Below the pieces are notes generated by a model, which was not told the origin of the DNA, ran no database searches, and saw nothing but the letters and a program-made list of their open reading frames with translations. Position numbers and translations under genes: made by a program. Below, piece after piece: positions 46,379 to 56,496 of a DNA stretch of 64,000 nt. Within the stretch, counting starts at the first letter, position 1, and each line of letters starts with the position of its first letter. Source of the DNA: a virus; the IMG/VR virus record IMGVR_UViG_3300032224_000723, positions 64,001 through 128,000 of that record. One strand, written 5' to 3'.

Positions 46379-47651
46379 ATACGTCCGGTCTTTGTTTTAG
46401 TATGTCCGCCATGGTATAAGTATCACCGCGGATCTTCTCTAATTGTAACACACGGGCTTTACCTTTTGCAAGACCTTTGGCATATTCATCAGGCCAAGAT
46501 TCAGCGAAAGTGGGTCTGGTTTTTAGCTGAACTAAGATATCCTGTAGGGCGTTGCCAGAAATCTTTAACTGGTCAATCATTTCGTCTACCCAAGGATGTA
46601 ATAGTTCCCGGGGTAGTGCTAACGGTGACATAACTATGTCCGGTGTAAAACTAAACACCACTTTTGCTAAAACATCTACATCTAACTCTTGTGCGAGTCT
46701 CCCAATATGTGCAACCTCGAACATTCCGGGCAAAGTGAGCGTAAAGTCAATTCGGACTTGACGACTGTGACGTCTGATTTTAAGTCCCTCACGGAAGTTT
46801 TCAAGCCACGTAGTATAGTCAAGGCCTGTTCTAATATATTCACCGATTGCGCCTGTTCCGTCGAGGCTTGCACATATCTGCCAATCCCGAAGCCTGCTAA
46901 GAATATCATTGTAAAGATTGATACCTTTATAATTAACCCTAGAAAGGTTAGTGTTGTATCGAGCATAAACATTTGGTCCGTCTCCCAATTCTATTATCCG
47001 TTTCATATAACGCCAATGTTGTTCGTACATTAAAGGTTCACCACCAACCCAATATACTTCTTCAACACGGTGTTCTTCGACGGCTTGACTAAACTCTGCC
47101 TCAATTTGTGTATCTTGAAACTGTTCAATCTGTTTTTTGATATCAGGCTGCATCCAATTATTCTTTGGATTATGCCAATTGATCATGTTGTGTTGGCGTT
47201 GCTCGCTTTCCCAAGCACTGCTTAACATGTCACCGCACATACGACATTTGAAATTACATAAGTTACTAAACCTATAATCCCAACTCACAGGCTTCATTGT
47301 AGTATAACCTGTAGTGTCTGTACTTGCGACTACTTCATTGTACTTATTCCCAAATAAACTATCAAAATAACTGCGGTAAACGGCAGTGTTTAAAAGTTTG
47401 TCATTACATACTTCACATTCAGGCAAAGTTTCACCTGCCATCATACGCCTACGCACAGACTTCATGTGTTCACTGTTCCAATGTTCGTCTAATGTGATAG
47501 GTATATATTTGCCAGTGCCAGCACTTGTGTCAATATACTGCTGAAAGTTTTGTGCAGGCTCTCTACTGGCGCAACACATTCTACGCTCAGTTTGTGGACT
47601 TAGATATGTATGGGTCCAAGGGGCCAAACATAGTGTATTAGGTTTTGTCAT
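46353..47651 (-). CDS. Radical SAM protein with N-terminal auxiliary Cys domain
   Basis: CLAPW..CC..CEVC; CNFKCRMC; GGEP. Confidence 0.9.
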   Translation of the reverse strand: MTKPNTLCLAPWTHTYLSPQTERRMCCASREPAQNFQQYIDTSAGTGKYIPITLDEHWNSEHMKSVRRRMMAGETLPECEVCNDKLLNTAVYRSYFDSLFGNKYNEVVASTDTTGYTTMKPVSWDYRFSNLCNFKCRMCGDMLSSAWESEQRQHNMINWHNPKNNWMQPDIKKQIEQFQDTQIEAEFSQAVEEHRVEEVYWVGGEPLMYEQHWRYMKRIIELGDGPNVYARYNTNLSRVNYKGINLYNDILSRLRDWQICASLDGTGAIGEYIRTGLDYTTWLENFREGLKIRRHSRQVRIDFTLTLPGMFEVAHIGRLAQELDVDVLAKVVFSFTPDIVMSPLALPRELLHPWVDEMIDQLKISGNALQDILVQLKTRPTFAESWPDEYAKGLAKGKARVLQLEKIRGDTYTMADILKQRPDVYEWWQSIN

Positions 47652-48156
47652 TGATCCAATTTATGTAAAGTGATTTTCGAATTATACCTGCAGGAACACT
47701 ACCAACCATTCCGTGAAATATTTTGTCGCTGTTTAACAATATTAATCCGGTGTTTTTCTTATAAGGAATTTTGAAACGGACACCTTCTTCATATTCTGTG
47801 CCGATTTCTAATTCCTCATCCCCTAAATAAATTATCATTACATTCTGTACACTTGGGGCATCATAATGAAAAGGATTAATATATCCTGGATGATCTCTCC
47901 ATAATTCCATTCCCCTAATCCTCGGTTTTTCAGTAACTGTGTGTATTATAAAAGATATCGAATCAAGTATACGATGGCGTAGGTCAGTGTTGTCACGAAT
48001 AAAACATACTTCTCTAGGATTATCACCGTTTGGTTGGCTTGGTCGAATCTGGTTACGAAAAAATGTATTACATCTATCAACTATGTCAGTTAATAGCACA
48101 GGATCAAATACATTTGATAATGCAAAGCCATTAGTTGATAAATTATTAATTTCCAT
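47638..48156 (-). CDS. 2OG-Fe(II) oxygenase-like protein
   Basis: HYD (HxD), IYL, GT, FHGM, RKSLY. Confidence 0.7.
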   Translation of the reverse strand: MEINNLSTNGFALSNVFDPVLLTDIVDRCNTFFRNQIRPSQPNGDNPREVCFIRDNTDLRHRILDSISFIIHTVTEKPRIRGMELWRDHPGYINPFHYDAPSVQNVMIIYLGDEELEIGTEYEEGVRFKIPYKKNTGLILLNSDKIFHGMVGSVPAGIIRKSLYINWINDKT

Positions 48157-48160
48157 TTGC

Positions 48161-49222
48161 TTATATACTTTGAAGAATGCCTAAATTATGATTTTTAAAT
48201 ATCGGATCTAACATGATTTCTTTTAATTCAGTATAATGAGGAGATTCTGGAATATGCACACACTGTTTAGAAAAATTGTGCCATGTGCCCCAGTCAGACA
48301 AATGAGAAAAGTTGGCATACATATTATAGTTTTCACATAAGTAAACAAATTCTTTCATTTCTTTATAATTAGAAATCTGAACTACAAAATTGCCTATCTT
48401 ATCTACATGATTCAATGATGACAAGTATCCTAAGTTTTCCAGCAAATTGTCCCATCGTCCCCCACGTCTAACTTTTTCGTAAGTTGTTTTGGTGGCTGCA
48501 TCTATACTAACTTCTATTTTCTTAATATTTGAAATAAAGTTTGTATCTAGTTCAGACAGTCGAGTTTTTAAAAATGATCCATTGGATCTAATATTAAATC
48601 TTATGTTTTTTAAGTGCTGGACTTGTTCAATGAAGAATAGATAAATTTTACTAACAAAAGGTTCACCGTTGGATCCTATCATGATATTAAATGTTTGGTC
48701 TTGCGCTGATCTAATCCACAATACTATTTTTTCAATCCATTTTTTTCTTACTTCGATATACTCTGAGGACGAATCCATTATCACCCTTTCTCTACAACTG
48801 GGGCAACTTAAATTACAACTCATATCAATTCCAACATTTAAAGTAATGCCATTAGCTTCGTTGATCATGTTTTGAATTTTTATCCCACATGAGTCAACTA
48901 CACAATATGTAAACTTTTTTTCTGTAATAGATTTTTGTATAGCCTGTGCTATTGGAGAATTAAAAACTTCTTCTATAGAATCGAATCCTTCAATAAGCCC
49001 CACTGGGTAAGGTAACCACCCATCACAGTTACACAAGAATATCCTACCTTTATGATCTAAATTTAAACTAGTCCAAGGTATTTTACAAGAATTTGCTATC
49101 CCTTGCTTGTCTGAAGGTAAGTTATGGACTTTTCTTATATACTCAAGATCATGATTGATGTTGCTAAGATAGCCATCTGGCATAGTTATCGTGGACCAAC
49201 TTCCTGCTGTGGGTTTCATCAT
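48161..49222 (-). CDS. Radical SAM protein (paralog of 1996-3105)
   Basis: CKIPW..CNC..YC..C; CNLSCPSC; NGEPF; RRGGRW. Confidence 0.88.
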   Translation of the reverse strand: MMKPTAGSWSTITMPDGYLSNINHDLEYIRKVHNLPSDKQGIANSCKIPWTSLNLDHKGRIFLCNCDGWLPYPVGLIEGFDSIEEVFNSPIAQAIQKSITEKKFTYCVVDSCGIKIQNMINEANGITLNVGIDMSCNLSCPSCRERVIMDSSSEYIEVRKKWIEKIVLWIRSAQDQTFNIMIGSNGEPFVSKIYLFFIEQVQHLKNIRFNIRSNGSFLKTRLSELDTNFISNIKKIEVSIDAATKTTYEKVRRGGRWDNLLENLGYLSSLNHVDKIGNFVVQISNYKEMKEFVYLCENYNMYANFSHLSDWGTWHNFSKQCVHIPESPHYTELKEIMLDPIFKNHNLGILQSI

Positions 49223-50028
49223 TCAAATTCCAAACTATCAAATTCTAATTCTTTAATATTTAACACCACATGTAGATCATCTAGATTAGTAACTTTACCA
49301 ACAACAGGATATCCTGTGTAATGCAATATTTTTTCTGTCCCATGTAATTCAACAAACCCAGGATCGTGTTTTAAAAAGAAATCTAAAAGTTCATTGTGTT
49401 GGGTGAATGTACCGTAATTAGTTTGTGCTATATTGATACCTGGTTTAACCATGTCATGAAATTTACAAGTCTGTGTTATGTTAACCCCATCTTGTTCTTG
49501 AAAAATTTGTAATGGGCCGTGCCCCACAAAAGGATTTTGTAATTTAACATCCCCGATATTTAAATCATTTTTAAATTTAAAATCTAGGGGTAGACTAAAT
49601 CCTTCGTCGTTGAACCATTCTATTTGTAACCATGATCCTCTAGTAGATTGAATTCCGTTTTGAACTAGGTGTAAACAGTAATGCAACTCATGTACGAGAT
49701 AGTCATGCTTTGCAGGGATATCGTCAAAACCATAGCCGACTAATGTTTCTACACTTTTGTGTAATATCGGTGCAATATCATCATCAAAACCTGTATGTAA
49801 ATCCCACAGAGGGGATTCGAACTCCCATGTCCACTTGAATGCTTTTTTGGCCTTAACGATTAATTCTTTCATATACTTGTTAGTGTATTTTAGTGGGTCT
49901 CTGAATACAGGCGGGCTATGTGAATAATTTTCCTCAATTAATTTAAAATAATTATTTCCGACTTCTGAGTCTTCTATTTCTAATTTTAATGTTGGAGCAT
50001 TTCGAAATTGAACTAAAATTCTACTCAT
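49219..50028 (-). CDS. Hypothetical protein (paralog of 45251-46378)
   Basis: LHKSVE, LHYCLH, GHGPLQIF, GYPVVGKV. Confidence 0.7.
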   Translation of the reverse strand: MSRILVQFRNAPTLKLEIEDSEVGNNYFKLIEENYSHSPPVFRDPLKYTNKYMKELIVKAKKAFKWTWEFESPLWDLHTGFDDDIAPILHKSVETLVGYGFDDIPAKHDYLVHELHYCLHLVQNGIQSTRGSWLQIEWFNDEGFSLPLDFKFKNDLNIGDVKLQNPFVGHGPLQIFQEQDGVNITQTCKFHDMVKPGINIAQTNYGTFTQHNELLDFFLKHDPGFVELHGTEKILHYTGYPVVGKVTNLDDLHVVLNIKELEFDSLEFE

Positions 50029-51244
50029 AACCCATAGCCTTTGCTATCTCTGGATGTGTATCCATAAAATTCTGCCGACGATATTCGTCTGCTTGTTTCA
50101 TTCGTCTTAAAAATTCTACCCCATCACTGCCTGGTCCATTTTCAATAAAGTTGATTAAATTATCTACTTCTTGTTGAAATTTATTAGATTTCCAAAACGT
50201 TAATTTTAATTTATTTAACACAAGTTCTTTTGCCTCAGGGGTCATATGTTGTATACTCATATGAGGAGGACTGTGTAGCATATTAAAGTAAATACTGCCA
50301 AACTTTTTAGTAATTGCCCACGACAACAATTCATCTAGATAGTAAACATTCTGAATGTTAACAGTAAAACAAAGTTGCGTAGTTATGTGACTTTGATTGG
50401 TATGCGCTGCCAATTGGAAGGAAGGCCAAGAAGCTTGGATCACTGCATCAATGTTTGCATTTGCTTCATCCCATTTTGCACCATATCGTTCATATTCAAA
50501 TCTGTTCCCAACATTGTCTATACTAAAGGCAATGTCAACTCGTTTAAATTTGCTCCAAATTTTAAAGAACTTGTTGGGACTAACTGTAGCATTAGTGTTG
50601 TAATGTATGTCAATATTTTCAGCGTACCCGTGTTCGCTTGCATACTCCAACAAATCCCAATGCTCTTGTATCAACCATGGCTCACCACCAGTAAACTCAA
50701 AGTATTTGATGTTGGGCAACAATGATTTTAAGTTTTCCCAGAACTCAGGACTTTCTTCAGGCCACGTTCCAGCCTTGAGCCACTTATATGCAATGTGCGA
50801 TTTTTTATCAGCACCTGGGGGCAAGTAATCCATTTCTTCTGCAGCCCACTTGCTACTTGACCATGAACCACAGATACGACATTTTAAATTACAGATATTA
50901 CCTAGTTTAAGATCAATGAACCATAACTGATCAGGAGTATCGTTTGCCCAATCGACTTCTGCGTATAGATCTTTTAATCGTATACGACTGTTAATTCGTT
51001 TGCTTATACGTCCAGCAGCTTCCTCATCCCAACATTGTTGACAAGTTGCAGGCTTTTCTCCAGCACGAAATTGTCTACGTAGATCCTGCATATACTCACT
51101 TTTATATGCATCCTCTAAGGTATTTTGTCTTAGATCAATAACAGGAATTTCTTCTCTTGCTAAACAGCAAGGGCGAGTAGTGCCCATGGGACTGGTTTCT
51201 ATACTAATCCATGGCAACATACAAATTGAATCAGGTAGGGTCAT
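50021..51244 (-). CDS. Radical SAM protein with N-terminal auxiliary Cys domain
   Basis: CMLPW..PCC..CQQC; CNLKCRIC; GGEP. Confidence 0.9.
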   Translation of the reverse strand: MTLPDSICMLPWISIETSPMGTTRPCCLAREEIPVIDLRQNTLEDAYKSEYMQDLRRQFRAGEKPATCQQCWDEEAAGRISKRINSRIRLKDLYAEVDWANDTPDQLWFIDLKLGNICNLKCRICGSWSSSKWAAEEMDYLPPGADKKSHIAYKWLKAGTWPEESPEFWENLKSLLPNIKYFEFTGGEPWLIQEHWDLLEYASEHGYAENIDIHYNTNATVSPNKFFKIWSKFKRVDIAFSIDNVGNRFEYERYGAKWDEANANIDAVIQASWPSFQLAAHTNQSHITTQLCFTVNIQNVYYLDELLSWAITKKFGSIYFNMLHSPPHMSIQHMTPEAKELVLNKLKLTFWKSNKFQQEVDNLINFIENGPGSDGVEFLRRMKQADEYRRQNFMDTHPEIAKAMGYE

Positions 51245-52574
51245 AATCTTTTAATGGTTGTAGTTCTGTAAAAGTTGTCCAAAAGTCTTCATTACGTATT
51301 CTGTCTAAGTCTGCCACTTCTTTTTTAAATTTTGACCAGTGATATATTTGACTTTGATCGTTCATTAAGTTTAGTATGCTTTTAAATCCATTGGTAGCAC
51401 GTTTTAACGTATCCTGTGGTTCCAGCCAAGCAATGTGCTGTTCATATGCAGGCGTAATTGTTTGTTGTTTAAACCAGTCTGGGAATATATCTACCCTATA
51501 CCAATCAGGACTTTGACATATATTTACATTAAAGTCTTTGGCGTGAATCAATCCTTGTTCAGTCCATGCTTTATGGAAATCCAGCACATGAAGTACATTC
51601 ATCGCACTGATAGTTGCGCTGACATAAAAATCCACATGCGGTACTTGTTCCATCATACGACGTCGATTGTCTAGTGTTTGTGACCAATCTGTGCCTTTAC
51701 GTATTAATTCTGCACGTGGCCCCATGGCATCTAAACTAGCGCCTACACTTACATTTTTAAAATGTTTCCAATACTCAAATACGTGTTTGTCTTTAAATCT
51801 CAATTCACTGAAGTTTGTGTTATACTGTATGCGAACATCTGTTTTACCTGCTTCGATTAACTTCTCTAATAAGAAATAATGTTCCTTCATAATAAGAGGT
51901 TCGCCGCCTGCAAAATACACTTGTTCAAGATATGGTATATGCGGCATCATTTGTTCAATCATTGAATCTTCGTCGCCTGCTGTGTATTCTACACGGGCCA
52001 TGTCCCTGCCTAATACATCAGGTTTACGATCGTAGAGTTTAACATGGTCGTTGTACCAGTTACTGCTAAAGATAGGACCACAACTACGGCAACTAAAATT
52101 ACATAAGTTGCTAAATCTCACGTCCCAATATCTAATTTTAAAGTCTGGGTGTGTTCCATCAGGTTGTGTGTTATCCACTTCTTTGATATGATGACCGTAA
52201 TTACGATTACTATCGTATCGCATACTAAACGCACCATGTTGTTCCTGCTCATAGCACTTGTTACATTCTTTACAAGGTTTATCCTCAAGCATGTTTTGTC
52301 GCATTAAACGGTATGGCTCTTGATTCCATACTTGTTCCATAGTACTTTTACGTAAGTCACCTACAGGATGCCAGTAATCACTTAAACAGCACGGGTATGC
52401 ACGACCATCTGGAAAAGCATGCATGTGCATCCATGGTAACATACAAAACGATTTACTCTCGGTTAGTCGTTTCCATTGTGTATCTGTTAAATCGGACTTA
52501 TCAGCAAAATAAGGAGCACGTTGATTATAGTCGTAGCCCTTATTGTAAAAACCTTTTACGTCTTTATCTGTCAT
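51231..52574 (-). CDS. Radical SAM protein with N-terminal auxiliary Cys domain
   Basis: CMLPW..PCC..CNKC; CNFSCRSC; GGEP. Confidence 0.9.
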   Translation of the reverse strand: MTDKDVKGFYNKGYDYNQRAPYFADKSDLTDTQWKRLTESKSFCMLPWMHMHAFPDGRAYPCCLSDYWHPVGDLRKSTMEQVWNQEPYRLMRQNMLEDKPCKECNKCYEQEQHGAFSMRYDSNRNYGHHIKEVDNTQPDGTHPDFKIRYWDVRFSNLCNFSCRSCGPIFSSNWYNDHVKLYDRKPDVLGRDMARVEYTAGDEDSMIEQMMPHIPYLEQVYFAGGEPLIMKEHYFLLEKLIEAGKTDVRIQYNTNFSELRFKDKHVFEYWKHFKNVSVGASLDAMGPRAELIRKGTDWSQTLDNRRRMMEQVPHVDFYVSATISAMNVLHVLDFHKAWTEQGLIHAKDFNVNICQSPDWYRVDIFPDWFKQQTITPAYEQHIAWLEPQDTLKRATNGFKSILNLMNDQSQIYHWSKFKKEVADLDRIRNEDFWTTFTELQPLKDYDPT

Positions 52575-53950
52575 AATGTATTGTACCAGTTTGCGAGCGC
52601 AGGAAATGTTTCTGTAAAGTTTTTACCACGACGTTGATCATATTGCATGTAGAAGTTTTTAAAGTCACGTTGTAGCACAATTTGCGACATTGCTTCTTTG
52701 TGTGCTTCACTGACTTCACGAATATAGTCCAACAATCTTGTTAATTGATTCCATTCGTACTCATGCATTTCTGAGCCGTGCCTATAACTGTCAGCAAAGT
52801 CATTCAATTTGTTGTAATACATTGATCGGATATCTTCAGGAAATACAGTCAGTGATTGAAAACTAGGAAAGCGTAATATATTTAATGAAAAATTAATTGC
52901 ATCTTTTCCGTATTCACGTTTCCAATTCATAACCATTTCTAGGAAACTGTCCAGACTATCGAGACACAAAGCATTAATGGTACACATGACATGAAGCCCG
53001 CAAAATTTTCCGCTGTCCAGTAATCGTTCTACATTGTTGGCCCAGTCGTCGAATACAAGCCCGTCTCGAATATATTCTGCTTGTAGACTCATTGATTCGT
53101 TACTGGTGTACAAATCAACTTCAACACCATCAACTGCTGCCAACAATCTATCAATATCTACGTCTGTGCCTAGATTACTGTTAATGGCTAGTCGCGTCGT
53201 CGACTTGCCTTTATTGTTCTTAAACCACTCAATGAGGTTCCACGTGTGGGCGGACATGAGAGGTTCACCTCCTGTGATTCTAAGTTCTTTAAGGGTTCTA
53301 TGGAGGTCTGATTCCCACCATTTGAAGAATGCTTCCACATACGGATTAGTCTCACTGAATTTATAAAGTTGACTGCTATCATGAGTGTGAGTAAAATGGT
53401 TCCTACCGTCACTAACCAATCCTGTGTAGGATCCATTTTTTCTGATGTCATTAACCCAGGTACTACTAAATGCAGGGTTACAATAAGAACAAGCGAACTG
53501 GCAAGTGCGGTCAAAAGCAATTTCAAGAGTTTGAAGGTCGATGTCTGTCGTGGGGTCTGATTTGAATGCATGGTCTAAGTCCTCATCTGAATATATTACT
53601 GTTTTGTATACACGATCGCTAATAGGCACTGGCACATCTACACCAGTATATTTTGGATCTTTGTACATATCTTCAATCTTCCAGCAGTATTCACAACCAC
53701 TGGGACGTTCTCCTGCTTGCATTTGACTACGTTCAAATTTCTTTTTAGTAGTGTTATGCAGAGACTTGGGATTAAATTTAATTGCTTCAACATCAACTGC
53801 ATGTGGCAATGGATGATGGCAACTGGTTGTTTGCCCGCTGCCTAACCATATAGTGGCATTGTACCATTTTGCTCCGCAGAAACTTGCCGACTTAATGTCA
53901 ATGACTCTGCGTTTGTATTCTAAATCTGTTTCGTTGGGTAACCTAGCCAT
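52571..53950 (-). CDS. Radical SAM protein with N-terminal auxiliary Cys domain
   Basis: CGAKW..CHHP..CEYC; CQFACSYC; GGEP. Confidence 0.9.
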   Translation of the reverse strand: MARLPNETDLEYKRRVIDIKSASFCGAKWYNATIWLGSGQTTSCHHPLPHAVDVEAIKFNPKSLHNTTKKKFERSQMQAGERPSGCEYCWKIEDMYKDPKYTGVDVPVPISDRVYKTVIYSDEDLDHAFKSDPTTDIDLQTLEIAFDRTCQFACSYCNPAFSSTWVNDIRKNGSYTGLVSDGRNHFTHTHDSSQLYKFSETNPYVEAFFKWWESDLHRTLKELRITGGEPLMSAHTWNLIEWFKNNKGKSTTRLAINSNLGTDVDIDRLLAAVDGVEVDLYTSNESMSLQAEYIRDGLVFDDWANNVERLLDSGKFCGLHVMCTINALCLDSLDSFLEMVMNWKREYGKDAINFSLNILRFPSFQSLTVFPEDIRSMYYNKLNDFADSYRHGSEMHEYEWNQLTRLLDYIREVSEAHKEAMSQIVLQRDFKNFYMQYDQRRGKNFTETFPALANWYNTL

Positions 53951-55118
53951 TCACATGCTCCGACAATTTTGATAATGTTGTTTTCCAATTAATGTTTCTT
54001 AGCGAATCTATTTTTGTTAAATAATCTCTCCAGTCGTCACCACTTGTTATTCTTGCAGTTTCTAATTTAGAAATAATAGAATTTTTAATGTAAGCATAGT
54101 CATCCGAGATTGTTTGTAGATGATCTATAGCAGGTTGTTTTAATTCTTGGTCAATTGACTCTAAAGATAAAACATTCCCTCCGTAACTTTGGTCGCCCGC
54201 AAATGTTATGTATATCTCAATTGGATCTGTATTAGGTAATTCTGAGAAATGCGTGTTTTTCCAATCAATTATATCTTTTATATAAAACATATTAACCTTA
54301 CTAACTGTTACCCCTAATTGTAACCACATATTAGGAATCACCGAGTTTAAATTTCTAATGTTAAACATATTTTCTTGTACTTGAGACCATTTTGCCGGAT
54401 ATCTAATATATTCAAATTGATTACCTATTGCATCTATACTAAAATATATTTTTACTAATTTCGTTTTCTGCCATAGTTCTACGGCTTCATCTGTAGGAAA
54501 TACTGTGCCATTTGTATTATAACTCACCGTCACTTTACTTAGGTCACAACCTTGATGTTCCATCTCTTTTAAAACATTGACATGATCGTCTGTTAATAAC
54601 GGTTCACCTCCTTGAAAATGCAGTAGTTGAATTTTATTCAATGGCAAAGACTTGTATATTAAATTACCATTTCCAGACACTTTTACTTCACCACCTGTTA
54701 TAGGATATCCCAGTTTTTTATAATCAGGCTTCCATAACGAACTGTATCTAGGGCCGCAAGTAACACATTTTAAATTACAAACATTTTCACAATTATAAGA
54801 AAGACTTATTAATTCAACAGTATCATCTATGGTTATTTTATTTTGTTCAAATACCTTTTGTTGTCCTATTCTGTAGCTTTGTGTATTATGTTTTTCATGT
54901 ATTAAACATCTATTACATTCTGGCACAGTTTCAATTGAATTTCTTACATAATTTAAATAATCATTGTTATAGAAATCCACTACATCATAGGCATTATTAC
55001 TGAATACTTGATCACAACACATAGCAACAAGCGCAGATTGTTTATCAACTTTTTCAATATACAGACCTTTTTTATATAAAGGACAATCAATTTTTGTTTC
55101 GTTATGTTGTTTTAGCAT
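53943..55118 (-). CDS. Radical SAM protein with N-terminal auxiliary Cys domain
   Basis: CP..CC..CNRC; CNLKCVTC; GGEP; start refined to 55118. Confidence 0.88.
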   Translation of the reverse strand: MLKQHNETKIDCPLYKKGLYIEKVDKQSALVAMCCDQVFSNNAYDVVDFYNNDYLNYVRNSIETVPECNRCLIHEKHNTQSYRIGQQKVFEQNKITIDDTVELISLSYNCENVCNLKCVTCGPRYSSLWKPDYKKLGYPITGGEVKVSGNGNLIYKSLPLNKIQLLHFQGGEPLLTDDHVNVLKEMEHQGCDLSKVTVSYNTNGTVFPTDEAVELWQKTKLVKIYFSIDAIGNQFEYIRYPAKWSQVQENMFNIRNLNSVIPNMWLQLGVTVSKVNMFYIKDIIDWKNTHFSELPNTDPIEIYITFAGDQSYGGNVLSLESIDQELKQPAIDHLQTISDDYAYIKNSIISKLETARITSGDDWRDYLTKIDSLRNINWKTTLSKLSEHVNG

Positions 55119-56496
55119 GATACTCACATTCTTTCCAAAAATCAATCATCTCTGGAAAGGTTCTTATAAAGCCAGTTCCCCTGCGCTTATCGTGTTCATT
55201 AAAGAACTTATAGAAATTAGCTTTTTGCATTTTAACATACTCTGGGTCCAAATTGCAACCTTCACGCATATAATCAATCACACGTTGTAGGCGTTGTGGT
55301 TCATAATCTTTAAATCCTTTAAAAGGCTTGTCTTCTGTTTCCAATTTACTAACCATAAACGCCCATGTTTCTTCTAATCGATCCACATAACTTTCAGGTA
55401 ACAACTGAACACTTTGCCATTCTGGATTACGAAGTATGGGAGTATCAAACCAAACACGTTGATATGTTTTGCTGTATATTTGTCTAAGTCCATGTATGCA
55501 ATTAATCAAATCGTGAAAACCTGTGACGTTCAAATTGTTCATGGTAATGATAAACGTCAAACTACTTCTATTAGGTACTTCATTTAAGAAACGATTAACA
55601 TTTTCCCAAAGACGTTCAAAGTTTAAACCGTCTCTTGCATATTCTGCTTTAAAGAATGTAGCATCTACACTAACATACTGCATAAAATGTTCCAAGTACT
55701 TAGGTTCGTTTGTGGTCAATTTTTTTACACAATCTAAATATTTTTCAAACAACTCAGGCTCAACACTAAAATTGCTAGTAACGTTTAGATGTAACTTAGG
55801 ACTAGGATTGGCCAATACATAATCAAATACACGATATGTATTTTTATCCATCAACGGTTCTCCGCCTGTCATCCTAAAATGTTCTAAGTTAGGATATAAT
55901 GTAGGCCACCATTCCCAAAATGCTTCTACATAGGGATTATACTCACGGGCAGGTATGAGGCGCCTGCGGCCAACAAAATGATCAGGAGCATTGTGAGGCA
56001 CCAAAGTAGGATATGCACCAAGTCTAGCAACTTCATCGGCCCATGAGCTGCTAAACTGTGGACTGCAATAGCTACACCGCAGATTGCAAGCGTGATTGAA
56101 ATTAACTTCAACATAACTAGGAATAACATTGTCTTCGAGTCCTGTACTATTTTTTATATTTTCAAAATCCACTGCGGCCCAAGGCTCACCGCTACGATAG
56201 TGACGGTCGCTTAGGTTACCTAAATCTTCTTGTGTCCAACAATAATTACATTCTTGTGGACGTTCGTTTTTTAACATCAACACACGTTGCTGTTTCTTAT
56301 GCTCAGTGTTATGTAAGGCTGCAGGAGTTAGTTTAATTGCATCAGCGTCAATTTGATGTAATGGAGGATGATAGCAACTGTTGTTTAGTCCTGTGGGTAA
56401 GTGTAGGCTTACCTGTTTCCATTTAGCCAAGCAAAGCGCGGGACCCAACTTAGATTTAGCATCTTCTGCGTCTGTTAGAAATACGCTTTTTACCAT
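55102..56496 (-). CDS. Radical SAM protein (paralog of 52571-53950)
   Basis: CLAKW..CYHP..CNYC; CNLRCSYC; GGEP. Confidence 0.9.
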   Translation of the reverse strand: MVKSVFLTDAEDAKSKLGPALCLAKWKQVSLHLPTGLNNSCYHPPLHQIDADAIKLTPAALHNTEHKKQQRVLMLKNERPQECNYCWTQEDLGNLSDRHYRSGEPWAAVDFENIKNSTGLEDNVIPSYVEVNFNHACNLRCSYCSPQFSSSWADEVARLGAYPTLVPHNAPDHFVGRRRLIPAREYNPYVEAFWEWWPTLYPNLEHFRMTGGEPLMDKNTYRVFDYVLANPSPKLHLNVTSNFSVEPELFEKYLDCVKKLTTNEPKYLEHFMQYVSVDATFFKAEYARDGLNFERLWENVNRFLNEVPNRSSLTFIITMNNLNVTGFHDLINCIHGLRQIYSKTYQRVWFDTPILRNPEWQSVQLLPESYVDRLEETWAFMVSKLETEDKPFKGFKDYEPQRLQRVIDYMREGCNLDPEYVKMQKANFYKFFNEHDKRRGTGFIRTFPEMIDFWKECEYHAKTT

